Part shown: piece after piece, positions 24,950 to 34,973 of the stretch
Layout: each line of letters starts with the position of its first letter
How positions within the stretch are numbered: position 1 is the stretch's first letter
Origin: Erysipelotrichaceae bacterium
Lineage (GTDB): Bacteria > Bacillota_I > Bacilli_A > Erysipelotrichales > Erysipelotrichaceae
DNA length: 64,000 nt
Direction of reading: 5' to 3'
Assembly (NCBI GenBank): GCA_017428765.1
Contig: JAFRQF010000018.1
Coordinates: 55,840-119,839, forward strand
The notes under the pieces: model-generated
What the model saw: only the letters and a program-made list of their open reading frames with translations
What the model was told of the DNA's origin: nothing
Databases searched by the model: none
Program-made: the position numbers and the translations under genes

Positions 24950-26179
24950 ATGAATTCATCTTCAGATAAAACAAAAGTGATCTGTATCGGCGCCGGTGCC
25001 TCGGGATTGTTTTTCGCACTCAACTGCGCAGATGAGGAACACGAAGTCATCCTTCTGGATTCCAACGCCAAAGTCGGCAGGAAGATGTACATCTCCGGCA
25101 AGGGTCGCTGCAACATCACCAACGACTGCGATGTCAAGACTTTCATCAACAACATCGTCTCCAACCCGCGTTTCATGTATTCGGCCATCAACGCCTTCAA
25201 GCCGGCCGATACGATAAAGTTCTTCAATGAACACGGCTGTCCGTTGAAGACGGAACGGGGCGAAAGGGTCTTTCCGGTCTCCGACAAGGCATCGGACATC
25301 ATTGATGCATTGTTTTTTGAATGTAAGAGAAAAGGCGTCGATATCCGCTTCGAACAGACCGTAGAAGACATACGTAAAACAGAGAACAGGTTCATCGTCT
25401 CCTGCAAAGGAAAAGACTATGTCTGCGATAAGCTCGTCATCGCGACAGGCGGTGTGTCCTATTCTTCCACTGGCAGCACGGGTGATGGCTATGCGTTCGC
25501 AAAGAAGTTCGGTCATGAGGTGATCGAGCCAAGAAGTGCCTTGTGTCCGATCAAGGTAAAAGAAAAGATCAGCCATGAGATGCTGAAGCTGACGATGCGC
25601 AATGTCGCTTTGAAGATCAAAGCGGGCAAGTATAAAAAGGAGATCTTCGGCGATCTGGAATTCCTGCCGGGAAGGATCACCGGTCCGATCGTTTTGAGCG
25701 CTTCTTCTCTGATCAACCGCATGAAAGATGTGGAACTGTTCCTGGATCTCAAGCCGGCACTTGATGAGGAAAAACTGGACAAGCGTCTGCTGCGGGAGAT
25801 CGAGAACGGGCAAAACAAGGATGTCTTATATCTTTTAAGTACTCTGCTGCCCAGACAGTTCATCAGTTTCTTTACAGAAAATACCGGTACGGATACCCGT
25901 ACCGTACTGAATTCCTTATCCAGGAAGGAAAGGATGAAACTCGTTCAGGATCTCAAACATTTCAAGCTGACTTATGAAGGCCTCGATGATATCGACAAAG
26001 GCATCGTGACCTCAGGCGGCGTCAGCGTGAAACAGATCGATCCGAAGACCTTTGAATCGAAGCTTTGTGAAGGATTATACTTCATCGGCGAAGTCATCGA
26101 TGTCGACTGTCTGACCGGTGGCTTCAACATGCAGTGTGCCTTATCGATGGGTTACAGCTGCGCGATGAATATGAAGTAA
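24950..26179 (+). CDS. BaiN/HI0933-like NAD(P)/FAD-dependent flavoprotein
   Basis: N-terminal dinucleotide fold ICIGAGASGLFFA, GRCNITN, and C-terminal GGFN motifs typical of the HI0933 family. Confidence 0.85.
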   Translation: MNSSSDKTKVICIGAGASGLFFALNCADEEHEVILLDSNAKVGRKMYISGKGRCNITNDCDVKTFINNIVSNPRFMYSAINAFKPADTIKFFNEHGCPLKTERGERVFPVSDKASDIIDALFFECKRKGVDIRFEQTVEDIRKTENRFIVSCKGKDYVCDKLVIATGGVSYSSTGSTGDGYAFAKKFGHEVIEPRSALCPIKVKEKISHEMLKLTMRNVALKIKAGKYKKEIFGDLEFLPGRITGPIVLSASSLINRMKDVELFLDLKPALDEEKLDKRLLREIENGQNKDVLYLLSTLLPRQFISFFTENTGTDTRTVLNSLSRKERMKLVQDLKHFKLTYEGLDDIDKGIVTSGGVSVKQIDPKTFESKLCEGLYFIGEVIDVDCLTGGFNMQCALSMGYSCAMNMK

Positions 26180-26202
26180 AAACAGGGGTATCACTTACTC
26201 AT

Positions 26203-26226
26203 AAAAAAGATCAGCTTTCGCTGATC
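26203..26226 (-). terminator. Terminator candidate for the minus-strand glycosyltransferase gene
   Basis: GATCAGC / GCTGATC stem overlapping the stop codon, followed on the minus strand by TTTTTT. Confidence 0.55.
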
Positions 26227-27316
26227 AGATATGAAGTTTCACATAATTGGCGATGTATTCCGCGCCGTTGGGGATCTCGTGTTTCGAGATGTTGTCGAGA
26301 CACTTTTTCAGTCTGCCCGTATGGATAAAATCATCTAAGACATCGTAGATCCTTTCCGGATCTTCGCAGCGAAGGCCGTAGCCGTGTGTCAGGACATAGC
26401 GGTAGTTGTTGTCCTCCTGGCCGTGGATGTGGCCGGTGATGACGATGGCCGTACCGCTTCGAACGGATTCGATGATGACGTTTGGCCCCGCCTTGGTCAG
26501 GATGATGTGGGAATTTGCCATGAACTCGTTCATGTTGTGAACGAAGCCGTGTATCCTTACGAAATCAGGGATGTCCCCTTTGCGTTTCATGGCGATGAGC
26601 TTCTTATGCAGGTGCTCGTCAAGTCCGCAGATGAAATCGACGGAGATGTTGCGCAGCTTGCAGACGTTGTTTAAGAAGGCGATGTTCTTTTTGAGATCGG
26701 TGGAAGTATTGACCATCAGGATGTTGACGGTATAGCCGATCTTTTTCGGTTCTTCCGATACGATGATGTCATCGCGTACCGGGAAGCCGGAGACCAGGAC
26801 CTTGTCTTTCTTGAAGCCGCGTTCAAGATAATCGTTTCGTATCGCTTCCGTCGGTACGAAGGTCATATCGGCGTTCTTATCGCGCCAGACGCTTGGCGGA
26901 TCGATCAGGTCGATGACGCCGACGTAGAACGGGATCTTCATTTTGTTTTTCTTCAATATGCGGGAGATCGCCTGGGTGAACATGCACTGGACCGAGATGA
27001 TCAGGTCCGGTTTGAAATCCCGGATCTCTTTGAGCAGGTTCTCCTTCAGACGGAAATACATCTGTGTATGGACAAAGGCCGGGAAGTATTCCGATACCCT
27101 CTGCATGCCATAGTAGATCATCGGTGCTCTGGTGGTCAGCGGGATGTAGGAATTCTCCATGAAATCGCCGACCTTTCCCAGAAGCGGAAAGACGTCGAGC
27201 TGTCTGGTATTATAACCGGCGTCGATCAGTTTCTTTTCGATCGCATTGGAAGAGGACCTGTGTCCCGAGCCGGTCTTTATCGAAGTCAGGATAAGCACGT
27301 TTTTCATACATTTCAT
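26225..27316 (-). CDS. MGDG-synthase-like (UgtP-type) diacylglycerol glycosyltransferase
   Basis: MKNVLILTSIKTGSGHRSSSNAI N-terminus typical of the MGDG_synth/GT28 family. The start is taken at Met 27316 or 27307. The longer 475-aa ORF extension is rejected. Confidence 0.75.
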   Translation of the reverse strand: MKCMKNVLILTSIKTGSGHRSSSNAIEKKLIDAGYNTRQLDVFPLLGKVGDFMENSYIPLTTRAPMIYYGMQRVSEYFPAFVHTQMYFRLKENLLKEIRDFKPDLIISVQCMFTQAISRILKKNKMKIPFYVGVIDLIDPPSVWRDKNADMTFVPTEAIRNDYLERGFKKDKVLVSGFPVRDDIIVSEEPKKIGYTVNILMVNTSTDLKKNIAFLNNVCKLRNISVDFICGLDEHLHKKLIAMKRKGDIPDFVRIHGFVHNMNEFMANSHIILTKAGPNVIIESVRSGTAIVITGHIHGQEDNNYRYVLTHGYGLRCEDPERIYDVLDDFIHTGRLKKCLDNISKHEIPNGAEYIANYVKLHI

Positions 27317-27430
27317 TATACAGAAGGAAACATGAATAAAACAAAGGGAAAGAAAGACGACAACGTATTCATTCAAATATAATAAATATATAAGAAGAAA
27401 TTCATCATCTTTCATAAGAGAGGGAATTTT

Positions 27431-29104
27431 ATGGCAAAAAAGAAAAAGGAACTGACAGAAGAAAAGGTCTCTCGTCTTACCTTGATCACCAATGCGCTGG
27501 TCACGCTTTACGGACCTCTGCATATGGATGACCTGGCAGATAAGATCGAGGAGTATTTCCCGGAAGACTATGCCTCTGTTGAAGAGGAGGATCTTTTCAA
27601 TATCTTTTTTGTGGGCGGAGAAAGCGGCGTCTACTATATCGATGACGATCATGACTACATCTCCCTTTTCTCGGAAGAAGAGATCATGGCGATGCGCGGG
27701 ATGCCGGAACTGAGAGCTCTGATGGATCTGGATGTAGAGAAGGAATTTGATGATCCGCAGGAGATCTTGAAGTACGGAAACATTTTTGACTTGCGCGGGG
27801 AAGAGAAATATGATGCCCTGCGTGCATATTTTGAAAAGCTGGAATACAAGAAAAAGAATACGGCGGAAGATACTTATCGCGAGGCGCTGGTCGTCATCTA
27901 TAAGATGTATGACGAGGAAGAGTTTTTTGCACAGTTAAGAAAACGGGTCAAAGGAAGCTTTGATACGGCCTATCTGTCGGAACTGATGTTCGATGTCGGC
28001 GGTGATATGCCAAGAGGCATCTTCCACGGCTATTCGTTTAGAGAGATCTCAGAGATCGTGAACGATCCTGAAAGAATGATCGATCTTGAGGAAGGACGCA
28101 TCGAGATCCCGAAGAATTATCGAAAATACGGACATTATTCCTATGAGCGTTGCCTCAAGCTGGCAGACAAACTCAAAGACAGCGGTATCTTTGAAGACTT
28201 CTGTTCCGACAACCTGCTGGAGATCCTTGTCAACGGCAAAGAGGTCTTCGTGCAGCTGCTTGGCTATTACAACGGCGATCGTGCGATCGTCATCTACAAA
28301 GACCGCGGGAACATGGAATACAACTATCAGTTCATCGCTGCCGAAGAAGGTTCCTACCCTGACATTGCATATCGGGTAAACAGCGGCGAGATCATCTTCG
28401 ACGAAGCCGGCGGTTTTATGACGCCTGAGGTCCGGAAACAGCTGATTGGGAAAGACCTTCCGCAGTCTCCTCTGATGATAAAACTCGGTCCGGCAAGCGG
28501 ACCGCGTCTTCCTTCAAAAGAAGAACTCGATCTGTATGGTGCCGTGCTCGATAATCTGGTCAGGATCTATGATATGATCGGCGAAGATATCGGAAAGTTC
28601 TGCATCGAACACAATATGTTCCAGATCGTACAGATCTACCTGAGCGAAAACGATCTCGAGATGGGCGAATACACCTATCTTGAGCTGGGCGATCCCGTTG
28701 TCCCGTTCGAAGTCGGTCCGATCGACAGAGACATGAAGATCAGCGCAAAACGGGATGCCGATATCTGTATCGGCTTGTATGCCATACCGATCTTATCGGA
28801 AGAGACCTCTTCCTATGTTACCTATGTCTATAACGCATCGGCGGATCTGATCGAGGGTTTTGATGTATGCCCGGCACAAGAGATGAAGGATGAGAAAAAC
28901 AAGATCATCGGTATCCTGGAGGCCAACGGCTTACGGCCGCGGTCGCTTTGTTTCAACAACGGATTCTGTGAAGAAGTCTATGCCGAACTTTGCGATTTCT
29001 ATGACATGGATGATTACGAGATAGGATGTGAGCAGGTCGATGCGATCTACTGGGACATTCTGACAAGAGAAGACATTTCATTGCCGGAAGAACTCATCCA
29101 TTGA
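27431..29104 (+). CDS. Hypothetical acidic cytoplasmic protein
   Basis: 557-aa ORF with host-like codon usage. No motif recognised. Confidence 0.65.
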   Translation: MAKKKKELTEEKVSRLTLITNALVTLYGPLHMDDLADKIEEYFPEDYASVEEEDLFNIFFVGGESGVYYIDDDHDYISLFSEEEIMAMRGMPELRALMDLDVEKEFDDPQEILKYGNIFDLRGEEKYDALRAYFEKLEYKKKNTAEDTYREALVVIYKMYDEEEFFAQLRKRVKGSFDTAYLSELMFDVGGDMPRGIFHGYSFREISEIVNDPERMIDLEEGRIEIPKNYRKYGHYSYERCLKLADKLKDSGIFEDFCSDNLLEILVNGKEVFVQLLGYYNGDRAIVIYKDRGNMEYNYQFIAAEEGSYPDIAYRVNSGEIIFDEAGGFMTPEVRKQLIGKDLPQSPLMIKLGPASGPRLPSKEELDLYGAVLDNLVRIYDMIGEDIGKFCIEHNMFQIVQIYLSENDLEMGEYTYLELGDPVVPFEVGPIDRDMKISAKRDADICIGLYAIPILSEETSSYVTYVYNASADLIEGFDVCPAQEMKDEKNKIIGILEANGLRPRSLCFNNGFCEEVYAELCDFYDMDDYEIGCEQVDAIYWDILTREDISLPEELIH

Positions 29105-29109
29105 TGAAA

Positions 29110-29131
29110 AAGCCCTGAAAAAGGGCTTTTG
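29110..29131 (+). terminator. Rho-independent terminator
   Basis: AGCCC / GGGCT stem followed by TTTT. Confidence 0.6.
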
Positions 29132-29217
29132 AAATGTTTATTTTTCGTAAATTTTGTTTCATATCGATTCAATTCCCAAATAAAAAGTGCTAAAATCAAC
29201 CGGGAAAAGAGAAAAAT

Positions 29218-31347
29218 ATGAGACGCTTTTTTAAAGACGATATGAAAGCTTCCCTTCGCATACAGCTGCTGTTCATCATGATCCTGCTGTATTGGGAAGT
29301 GATGTTATATTACCAGTTACATTCCACGCTGAGCGGCATCGCTTTGTGGAACGTTTTGTTCATGTTACCGATCGGCATCGCTTTGAGCGTATTCAGCGGC
29401 TGGTCAAGGAACCATCAGAGAGCCAATGAGATGCTCATGATCGCATTGCTTGTGATCGTGTCGGTCTTCTATCTCGGCGATCTGATCTACTTCAAGACCT
29501 TCGGATCGCTGGTATCGGTCTCGATGCTCGGGGCGGGCGAAGATGCGGTGACCAACTTCTGGTGGTCGATGAAGACGACCTTGAAAGACAACGCTGCGAT
29601 CATCCTCTTATTTGAGGCACCGGTCTTACTGGAGATAATCCTGGCTTTGAAAAACAAAAGGAAGAAAGAAGGCTTCGGCATTCCGGCGCATCTGTTCACG
29701 GCATTTCTTGCCGTAGGCCTGTGGGCTTTGGTCGTCATCTCTTTGCCTCTGGCAGGCAAGAGTGATTATTCGGCCTATGGCGCCTACCACAGCCGCTACA
29801 TCGATACCGATTCCGCTTCCAGAAAGTTAGGTGTTCTTCCCAACTTCCTGGTCGAACTTCGTTATTCCTTGCTCGGTTCCAACGGCCCGAAAGAAAGTCT
29901 GGCGGAAGCTTCCGTTGTCGAACTGAAAGAAGAAGAACCGAAGGAAGAAGTCAGAAAGGTCGAATTCAATTCCCTGAAGGAACTCAACTTCCGCCTTCTG
30001 GCCGGCGGATGTGAAGATGAGGAAGTAAGAGACCTGCTCAACTATATGGCTTCACAGGAAGTGAGCGAAAAAAACGAATATACCGGCCTTTTTGAAGGCT
30101 ATAATCTGATCTATATCTGTGCGGAATCCTTCTCATCCCTGGCGATCGATGAGACGATCACGCCAACCTTATATAAGATGGCCAATAACGGCATCGTATT
30201 GAACAATTACTACAATTCCTTCCGCAACACGACGACGAATGGCGAATATGCGATACTGACCGGCGTATGGCCGGATGTTGCCAGACAGTCGACCAATATG
30301 GGCAAGATAACCGGTACGATGGGCCGTTCCATCGGCAAGGACATGACCCCGGCCCTGGGCAATACCTTCGCCTTATCGGAAGGCTTGCAGCCAAGGGCTT
30401 ATCACAATTACCTGGGCTATTATTACGGCAGAAACAAGACGCTTCCGAACATGGGCTTCGACTGCCAGTTCATGAACGACGGCATGGAGTTCACCACCGC
30501 CTGGCCGGCTTCCGATCTGGAGATGCTGGAACAGTCGGTCGATGATTATCTCAATGATGACAGATTCCTCACCTACTACATGACCTTCTCTGGACATGGC
30601 AATTACACGACAGACAACGTCATGGTCGCCAAAAACATCAAGACCGTGACTTCGAAATTATCGGAGCACCTGCCTTCTTCTGCGGAAGGCTATCTGGCTG
30701 CCAACTATGAGCTGGAAGAAGCGATGGCTTATCTTCTGGAAAGGCTGCAGGGTGCCGGAAAGCTCGACAACACGGTCATCGTCATTGCGGGCGATCACTA
30801 CCCCTACTACCTGACCGATGCCGGATATAAGGCGCTCAAGGGCGAAGCGGTCGATGAGGACTTTGAATCCTTCCATTCCTCCTGTATCATCTACAACGCG
30901 GGATTGAAACAGAAGATCGAAGTCGATACGCCTTGCTGCAACGTGGACATCATCCCGACCATCTACAACCTGTTTGGCGTGACGTATGATTCAAGACTCT
31001 ATGCCGGTACCGACATCTTCGGAAGCGGCATGCATATCGCGCAGCTGTACAACAAGAACTTCATCACCGACAAGGTGAAATACAATGCCGCTACCGGCAA
31101 GGCCGAGTGGCTGGTGGATACTTCGGAGTATTCGGAAGAAAAGCTGAACAGCTATCTTGAAAGTGCGATCAACACAGTCAAGAACCGCTACGCCTTCTCG
31201 ATCGGCGTCGAAGATACCGACTTATATTCCTATGTCTTCGATAACTATGATCTGAACATCGCCTATCACAAGGAGGAAGAGGTCATGGATGTCCCTGTCG
31301 AAGAAGAAGTCAACATAGAAGAAAAGGCAGAAGAAAACCTTGGTTAG
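29218..31347 (+). CDS. LTA synthase family protein (polytopic N-terminus plus extracellular sulfatase-fold domain)
   Basis: About 5 N-terminal TM helices. Sulfatase/LtaS-type domain (NLIYICAESF...TTNGEYA...GDHYPY). Confidence 0.85.
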   Translation: MRRFFKDDMKASLRIQLLFIMILLYWEVMLYYQLHSTLSGIALWNVLFMLPIGIALSVFSGWSRNHQRANEMLMIALLVIVSVFYLGDLIYFKTFGSLVSVSMLGAGEDAVTNFWWSMKTTLKDNAAIILLFEAPVLLEIILALKNKRKKEGFGIPAHLFTAFLAVGLWALVVISLPLAGKSDYSAYGAYHSRYIDTDSASRKLGVLPNFLVELRYSLLGSNGPKESLAEASVVELKEEEPKEEVRKVEFNSLKELNFRLLAGGCEDEEVRDLLNYMASQEVSEKNEYTGLFEGYNLIYICAESFSSLAIDETITPTLYKMANNGIVLNNYYNSFRNTTTNGEYAILTGVWPDVARQSTNMGKITGTMGRSIGKDMTPALGNTFALSEGLQPRAYHNYLGYYYGRNKTLPNMGFDCQFMNDGMEFTTAWPASDLEMLEQSVDDYLNDDRFLTYYMTFSGHGNYTTDNVMVAKNIKTVTSKLSEHLPSSAEGYLAANYELEEAMAYLLERLQGAGKLDNTVIVIAGDHYPYYLTDAGYKALKGEAVDEDFESFHSSCIIYNAGLKQKIEVDTPCCNVDIIPTIYNLFGVTYDSRLYAGTDIFGSGMHIAQLYNKNFITDKVKYNAATGKAEWLVDTSEYSEEKLNSYLESAINTVKNRYAFSIGVEDTDLYSYVFDNYDLNIAYHKEEEVMDVPVEEEVNIEEKAEENLG

Positions 31348-31360
31348 CCCAAGGTTTTTG
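31336..31360. terminator. Hairpin between convergent genes
   Basis: AACCTTGG / CCAAGGTT stem overlapping the LTA synthase stop codon, followed by TTT. Confidence 0.55.
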
Positions 31361-31361
31361 G

Positions 31362-32030
31362 TTATTTGTGATCGATCTTGCCGCCGAGCTTTTCGAAGAT
31401 CGCGTCGATGTCGGCGTCATTCAGACCATAGCCGCAGTCGGCTTCTTCGATGGCTTTGGTGACATCGGAATAATGCACGGTACGAACCGTCGTTTTGACA
31501 TTGGAGATATCGGTATCATCGTTGACGGCGATCAGGGACTGTACTTTCTTTCCTTCCGTGACGTCTAAGAGGTGTGTGAGATATTCCCTTAAGTAGATGA
31601 CGGGATTCTCCAGTTTGAATTTCTTTTCCTTCCCCTCTTCGCTTCGTTTGACGTACCAGCTTCCCGAATCATTTCCGTGCAGCTGCCCGCTTGTGGAAAA
31701 ATAAGCGATCGACAGAAGTCCTTTGGAATGGATGATCGTCATGATCTGGGCACAGAGCTTTCCTTCCTTGTTGGTCAGGTTGGCGAAGATGATGCGGTGA
31801 TAGCCGATCAGCTTCTTTAACAGGCCCGACCTTGAGGAATCCTGGAAGACGTTTCGTTTGTAGAAGTAGTCGATCAGGTAGTTGTCATAGATGTGCGGGA
31901 AGATCGACTTCTTATAGCGGGGATAGGCGATGCCTGCCCTGAATAAGAAGATCAGTGCGGCGGCACCGATGATGACGTAGAGGAACAGATTGAAATTGTT
32001 GGATGCGGTTTCTGCCAGCAGTTGCTTCAT
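31362..32030 (-). CDS. NERD (nuclease-related domain)-like membrane-anchored protein
   Basis: AGGAG RBS before the ATG at 32030. N-terminal TM helix. Pattern ...QIMTIIHSKGLLSIAYFSTSGQLHGNDSGSWYV resembles the NERD core. Confidence 0.55.
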   Translation of the reverse strand: MKQLLAETASNNFNLFLYVIIGAAALIFLFRAGIAYPRYKKSIFPHIYDNYLIDYFYKRNVFQDSSRSGLLKKLIGYHRIIFANLTNKEGKLCAQIMTIIHSKGLLSIAYFSTSGQLHGNDSGSWYVKRSEEGKEKKFKLENPVIYLREYLTHLLDVTEGKKVQSLIAVNDDTDISNVKTTVRTVHYSDVTKAIEEADCGYGLNDADIDAIFEKLGGKIDHK

Positions 32031-32090
32031 AAAAGGACTCCTATATATACAAACATTATATAAGAGAAAAGTGACCAAGGTACACCCTTG

Positions 32091-33242
32091 TCACTTGTAG
32101 ATGATCTTATAGAGTTCGATCATATCTTCGACTTTCACTTCTCTTATGGTATTGGAAGGAGAACCGGAGATGTAGGCATCGTTTGCCATCTTTTCGATGT
32201 TGGCAAAGTAGGTATCTCTGTCGATGCCGAATTCCGACATCGTCGGAACATGGAGGTGGTCCAGCAATGTCCCCAGTTTTTCCAAGAAGATCAAAGCGGC
32301 TTTCTTATCGTCAGTGTCATCGCTGAAAGAAAGATAGCGGGATACATCGGCGAAGCGGTCATACGCCCCTTCCACCGCAAAGTTCATGCATTCCCTTAAC
32401 AGCATCGCATTGGACAATCCGTGCGGGACATGGAAGAGCGCTCCCATCGGACGTGACATGCCATGGACGATGGTGACCGAAGAATTGTTGAAGGAGATGC
32501 CTGCTTCAAGCGCCGCCAAGGACATCTGTATCCTTGCCTCGACATCGCTTCCGTCGTCATAGCACTTTTCAAGATTGTTGAAGATGCGCTTGATGGCACT
32601 TAAGGCAAAGGTATCGGACAATGGCTGTGACTTGCGGGAAGTATAGGACTCCAAGGCATGGCAGAGCGCATCGATGCCCGTATGGGATGTGACGGACTTC
32701 GGTGCCGTCATAGAGAAGGCCGGATCGATGATCGCGATATCCGGCATCAGACAAGGTCCCGTCAGCAGCATCTTTACCTTGTTTGCGGTGTCGTTGATGA
32801 TCGTGAACTTCGTCGCTTCGGAACCGGTTCCGGCAGTCGTCGGGATGGCGGCCAGAGGCGGACGTCTGATGTCGATGATCTTTCCCATATAGGAATTCAA
32901 AGGTGCGTCGTTATCCAGAAGCAAGGAGATCGCTTTGGCGGTATCGATCGGCGAACCGCCGCCTAAGGCGATCAGATGATCGCAGCCCGTTTCCTTATAG
33001 ACTTTTGCAGCTTTTGTGACGATGATGTCATCGGGTTCGTAGTTGACTTCATCGAAGATGTGATAGCCGATATCGTTTTTATCCAATACGTTCTGTAAGA
33101 GGGAGACGTTTCCCAATTTCACCATCGTGGAATCGGTGACGATGAACGCTTTCTTGCCAAGCTTTACCAGCTGCTTCTCGCTTTCTTTGAGCGCATCTTT
33201 GCCGGATATGATGGTCTTCGGTGCCAGAAATACACTAGCCAT
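32091..33242 (-). CDS. Iron-containing (group III) alcohol dehydrogenase, FucO/lactaldehyde-reductase-like
   Basis: GGGSPIDTAK, TTAGTGSE and HG...H metal-site motifs. Confidence 0.85.
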   Translation of the reverse strand: MASVFLAPKTIISGKDALKESEKQLVKLGKKAFIVTDSTMVKLGNVSLLQNVLDKNDIGYHIFDEVNYEPDDIIVTKAAKVYKETGCDHLIALGGGSPIDTAKAISLLLDNDAPLNSYMGKIIDIRRPPLAAIPTTAGTGSEATKFTIINDTANKVKMLLTGPCLMPDIAIIDPAFSMTAPKSVTSHTGIDALCHALESYTSRKSQPLSDTFALSAIKRIFNNLEKCYDDGSDVEARIQMSLAALEAGISFNNSSVTIVHGMSRPMGALFHVPHGLSNAMLLRECMNFAVEGAYDRFADVSRYLSFSDDTDDKKAALIFLEKLGTLLDHLHVPTMSEFGIDRDTYFANIEKMANDAYISGSPSNTIREVKVEDMIELYKIIYK

Positions 33243-33338
33243 ACTATTTCACCATGCCCTTTCTGAATAACTGCGTCTGCGGGAATTTGCGAATCGTTTC
33301 ATATGATCTGTTCATTTTGTTACTCCTTTATGGCAAAC

Positions 33339-33350
33339 AATTGATAATAT
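33339..33350. promoter_or_regulatory. Candidate DeoR-type operator, copy 1 (AATTGATAATAT)
   Basis: The same exact 12-mer occurs at 34205-34216. This copy lies upstream of the DeoR gene, in the region shared with the divergent ADH gene. Confidence 0.35.
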
Positions 33351-33388
33351 CCTGATATGTTTCTATAATGAAATTAGGTGGTACTCGT

Positions 33389-34144
33389 ATGAAATACAAT
33401 CGACAGAAAGAAATGTTGTCTTATATCAAAGAAAACAATACCGTGAAGAATGAGGAACTTCTTTCGAAATTCAACATCTCCATTCAGACCCTGCGCCGGG
33501 ATCTCAAGATCTTTGAGGACCAGGGCCTCATCAACAAGGTCTACGGCGGTGTCATCTACAATGAGCGCAAGGAATCGGTGACCTCGGTCTCCCCTCTTGA
33601 TCAGAGAGAGATGTCCCACTCCGAAGAAAAGGAATATATCGGCAAGCTTGCGGCAGCACTGGTGGAGAATGGCGATGTCATCTTCATCGATTCGGGAACG
33701 ACGGCATACCGGATGCTTCACTACATGAAGGATCTGAAGAATGTCACCGTGATCTCACATTGCCTCGATGTCATGATGGAGATACGAAAGCTTCCCAATC
33801 TGACAGGCATCTGTGTCGGCGGTGTCATCCAGCACGACAGCGGTACCTTCGTCATCGATTCGACCTTCTACCCTTATAATTACAACAAGGCATTCATTTC
33901 CACCGTCGGCATCTCGACTTCCAAGTCACTGACCAACACCAACCTGTATGAAGGCGCCATGAAGCAGCACGTCATCAATCAGTCGGCTGCCAACTACATC
34001 GTGGCCGATCATTCGAAGTTCGATATCGTCGCCTACAATCATTTCGCGGATTTCACGTCGATCAAGGGCATCATCACAGACACCCGCCCTTCCGATAAAT
34101 TCGTCAATTATTTCGAGAACAATCAGATAGAGATCATCTATTGA
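33389..34144 (+). CDS. DeoR/GlpR family transcriptional regulator
   Basis: N-terminal HTH (ISIQTLRRDLKIFEDQGLINKVYGG) and a C-terminal DeoR sugar-binding domain. Confidence 0.85.
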   Translation: MKYNRQKEMLSYIKENNTVKNEELLSKFNISIQTLRRDLKIFEDQGLINKVYGGVIYNERKESVTSVSPLDQREMSHSEEKEYIGKLAAALVENGDVIFIDSGTTAYRMLHYMKDLKNVTVISHCLDVMMEIRKLPNLTGICVGGVIQHDSGTFVIDSTFYPYNYNKAFISTVGISTSKSLTNTNLYEGAMKQHVINQSAANYIVADHSKFDIVAYNHFADFTSIKGIITDTRPSDKFVNYFENNQIEIIY

Positions 34145-34204
34145 GTCCGTCGACTTAATAGTAGTCTCTTTTTTTGATGCTTGTCAATGATGATATAATG
34201 ATAA

Positions 34205-34216
34205 AATTGATAATAT
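34205..34216. promoter_or_regulatory. Candidate DeoR-type operator, copy 2 (AATTGATAATAT)
   Basis: Exact repeat of 33339-33350, embedded in TGATA-rich DNA upstream of the PTS EIIA gene. Confidence 0.35.
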
Positions 34217-34303
34217 TATGATTATTTTATGAATTTAGGTATTGAAAAGGGAAAATGATATGGTTTACCATACTGTTATAGAAAGAAAAAGAGGAAAATA
34301 ATC

Positions 34304-34837
34304 ATGCCATTAATCGATATTCTCAACAAAGATATCATTGATCTGAATGTTCAGGGAAACACCAAGGATGAGGTCCTTCGCTATATGGCCAACGTCTTAC
34401 TGAACAACGGCTATATCAACGATGCGGAAGTCTTCGTCAAAGACATTTATGAAAGAGAAGCAGAGGGTCCTACCGGTATGGGTTCGCACATCTCGATCCC
34501 GCACGGAAAGTCCTTCAGCGTACTTAAAAACGGCATTATGATCGGTAAGACCGTCAATCCGATCCGCTGGGAATCATCGATGTCCGATGATGGTTTCCAG
34601 GATACGCATCTGATCTTCTTATTCTGCGTCAGCGCGGATGCCGAATTCGCAAGGAATCACATGATGTTATTGAGCGAACTGGCCGGAAAGTTAGGCAATG
34701 ACGTACGTGTCGCCAAGCTGTCCAAGGCGCAGTCCAAGGAAGAGATCATGGATCTGATCCTTTGCGAAGACGATCAGCTCGGCGAAGCTGAAGTATTGGA
34801 GGAAGAAGAGATCGTAGACCTCGATATCGACCTGTAA
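34304..34837 (+). CDS. PTS EIIA component (fructose/mannitol type, PTS_EIIA_2)
   Basis: Phosphorylation-site context GSHISIPHGK. Acidic tail EEEEIVDLDIDL. Confidence 0.85.
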   Translation: MPLIDILNKDIIDLNVQGNTKDEVLRYMANVLLNNGYINDAEVFVKDIYEREAEGPTGMGSHISIPHGKSFSVLKNGIMIGKTVNPIRWESSMSDDGFQDTHLIFLFCVSADAEFARNHMMLLSELAGKLGNDVRVAKLSKAQSKEEIMDLILCEDDQLGEAEVLEEEEIVDLDIDL

Positions 34838-34973
34838 TTTCATCATAAAATCATCATAAAGATTATAAAGTTACTCAAATTGATATGAATTTATCCAATA
34901 TTTATTGAAAGCGCTTCAATGATTGGATTAAAATTTATATAGCTAATTCAAGGCAAAACGAAAGGAGATCTAT

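Noticed and set aside
24962-25813. Long antisense ORFs in the track. Examples: 24962-25813 (283 aa), 54297-55124 (275 aa), 36522-37064 (180 aa), 2366-2860 (164 aa), 53223-53702 (159 aa), 42370-42840, 19364-19795, 18647-19072, 61408-61848 and 745-1140.
   Set aside because: Each lies fully inside, and antisense to, a gene with strong recognisable motifs. Their translations are low-complexity (R/D/H/G-rich) with no motifs. They are typical shadow ORFs of GC-richer coding DNA.
27300-27330. A possible leaderless mRNA for the glycosyltransferase gene: TATAAT lies immediately upstream of the ATG on the minus strand (...CTGTATAATGAAATGTATG...).
   Set aside because: The spacing between the TATAAT and either ATG is too short or ambiguous to call. 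No -35 was identified. I cannot distinguish this from chance in an AT-rich stretch without transcript-start data.
27317-27652. 112-aa N-terminal extension of the glycosyltransferase ORF (26225-27652), which would overlap the divergent gene at 27431.
   Set aside because: The recognisable MGDG-synthase N-terminus (MKNVLILTSIKTGSGHR) starts at Met 27307/27316. The extension has no motif and overlaps the neighbour's promoter and 5' coding region.
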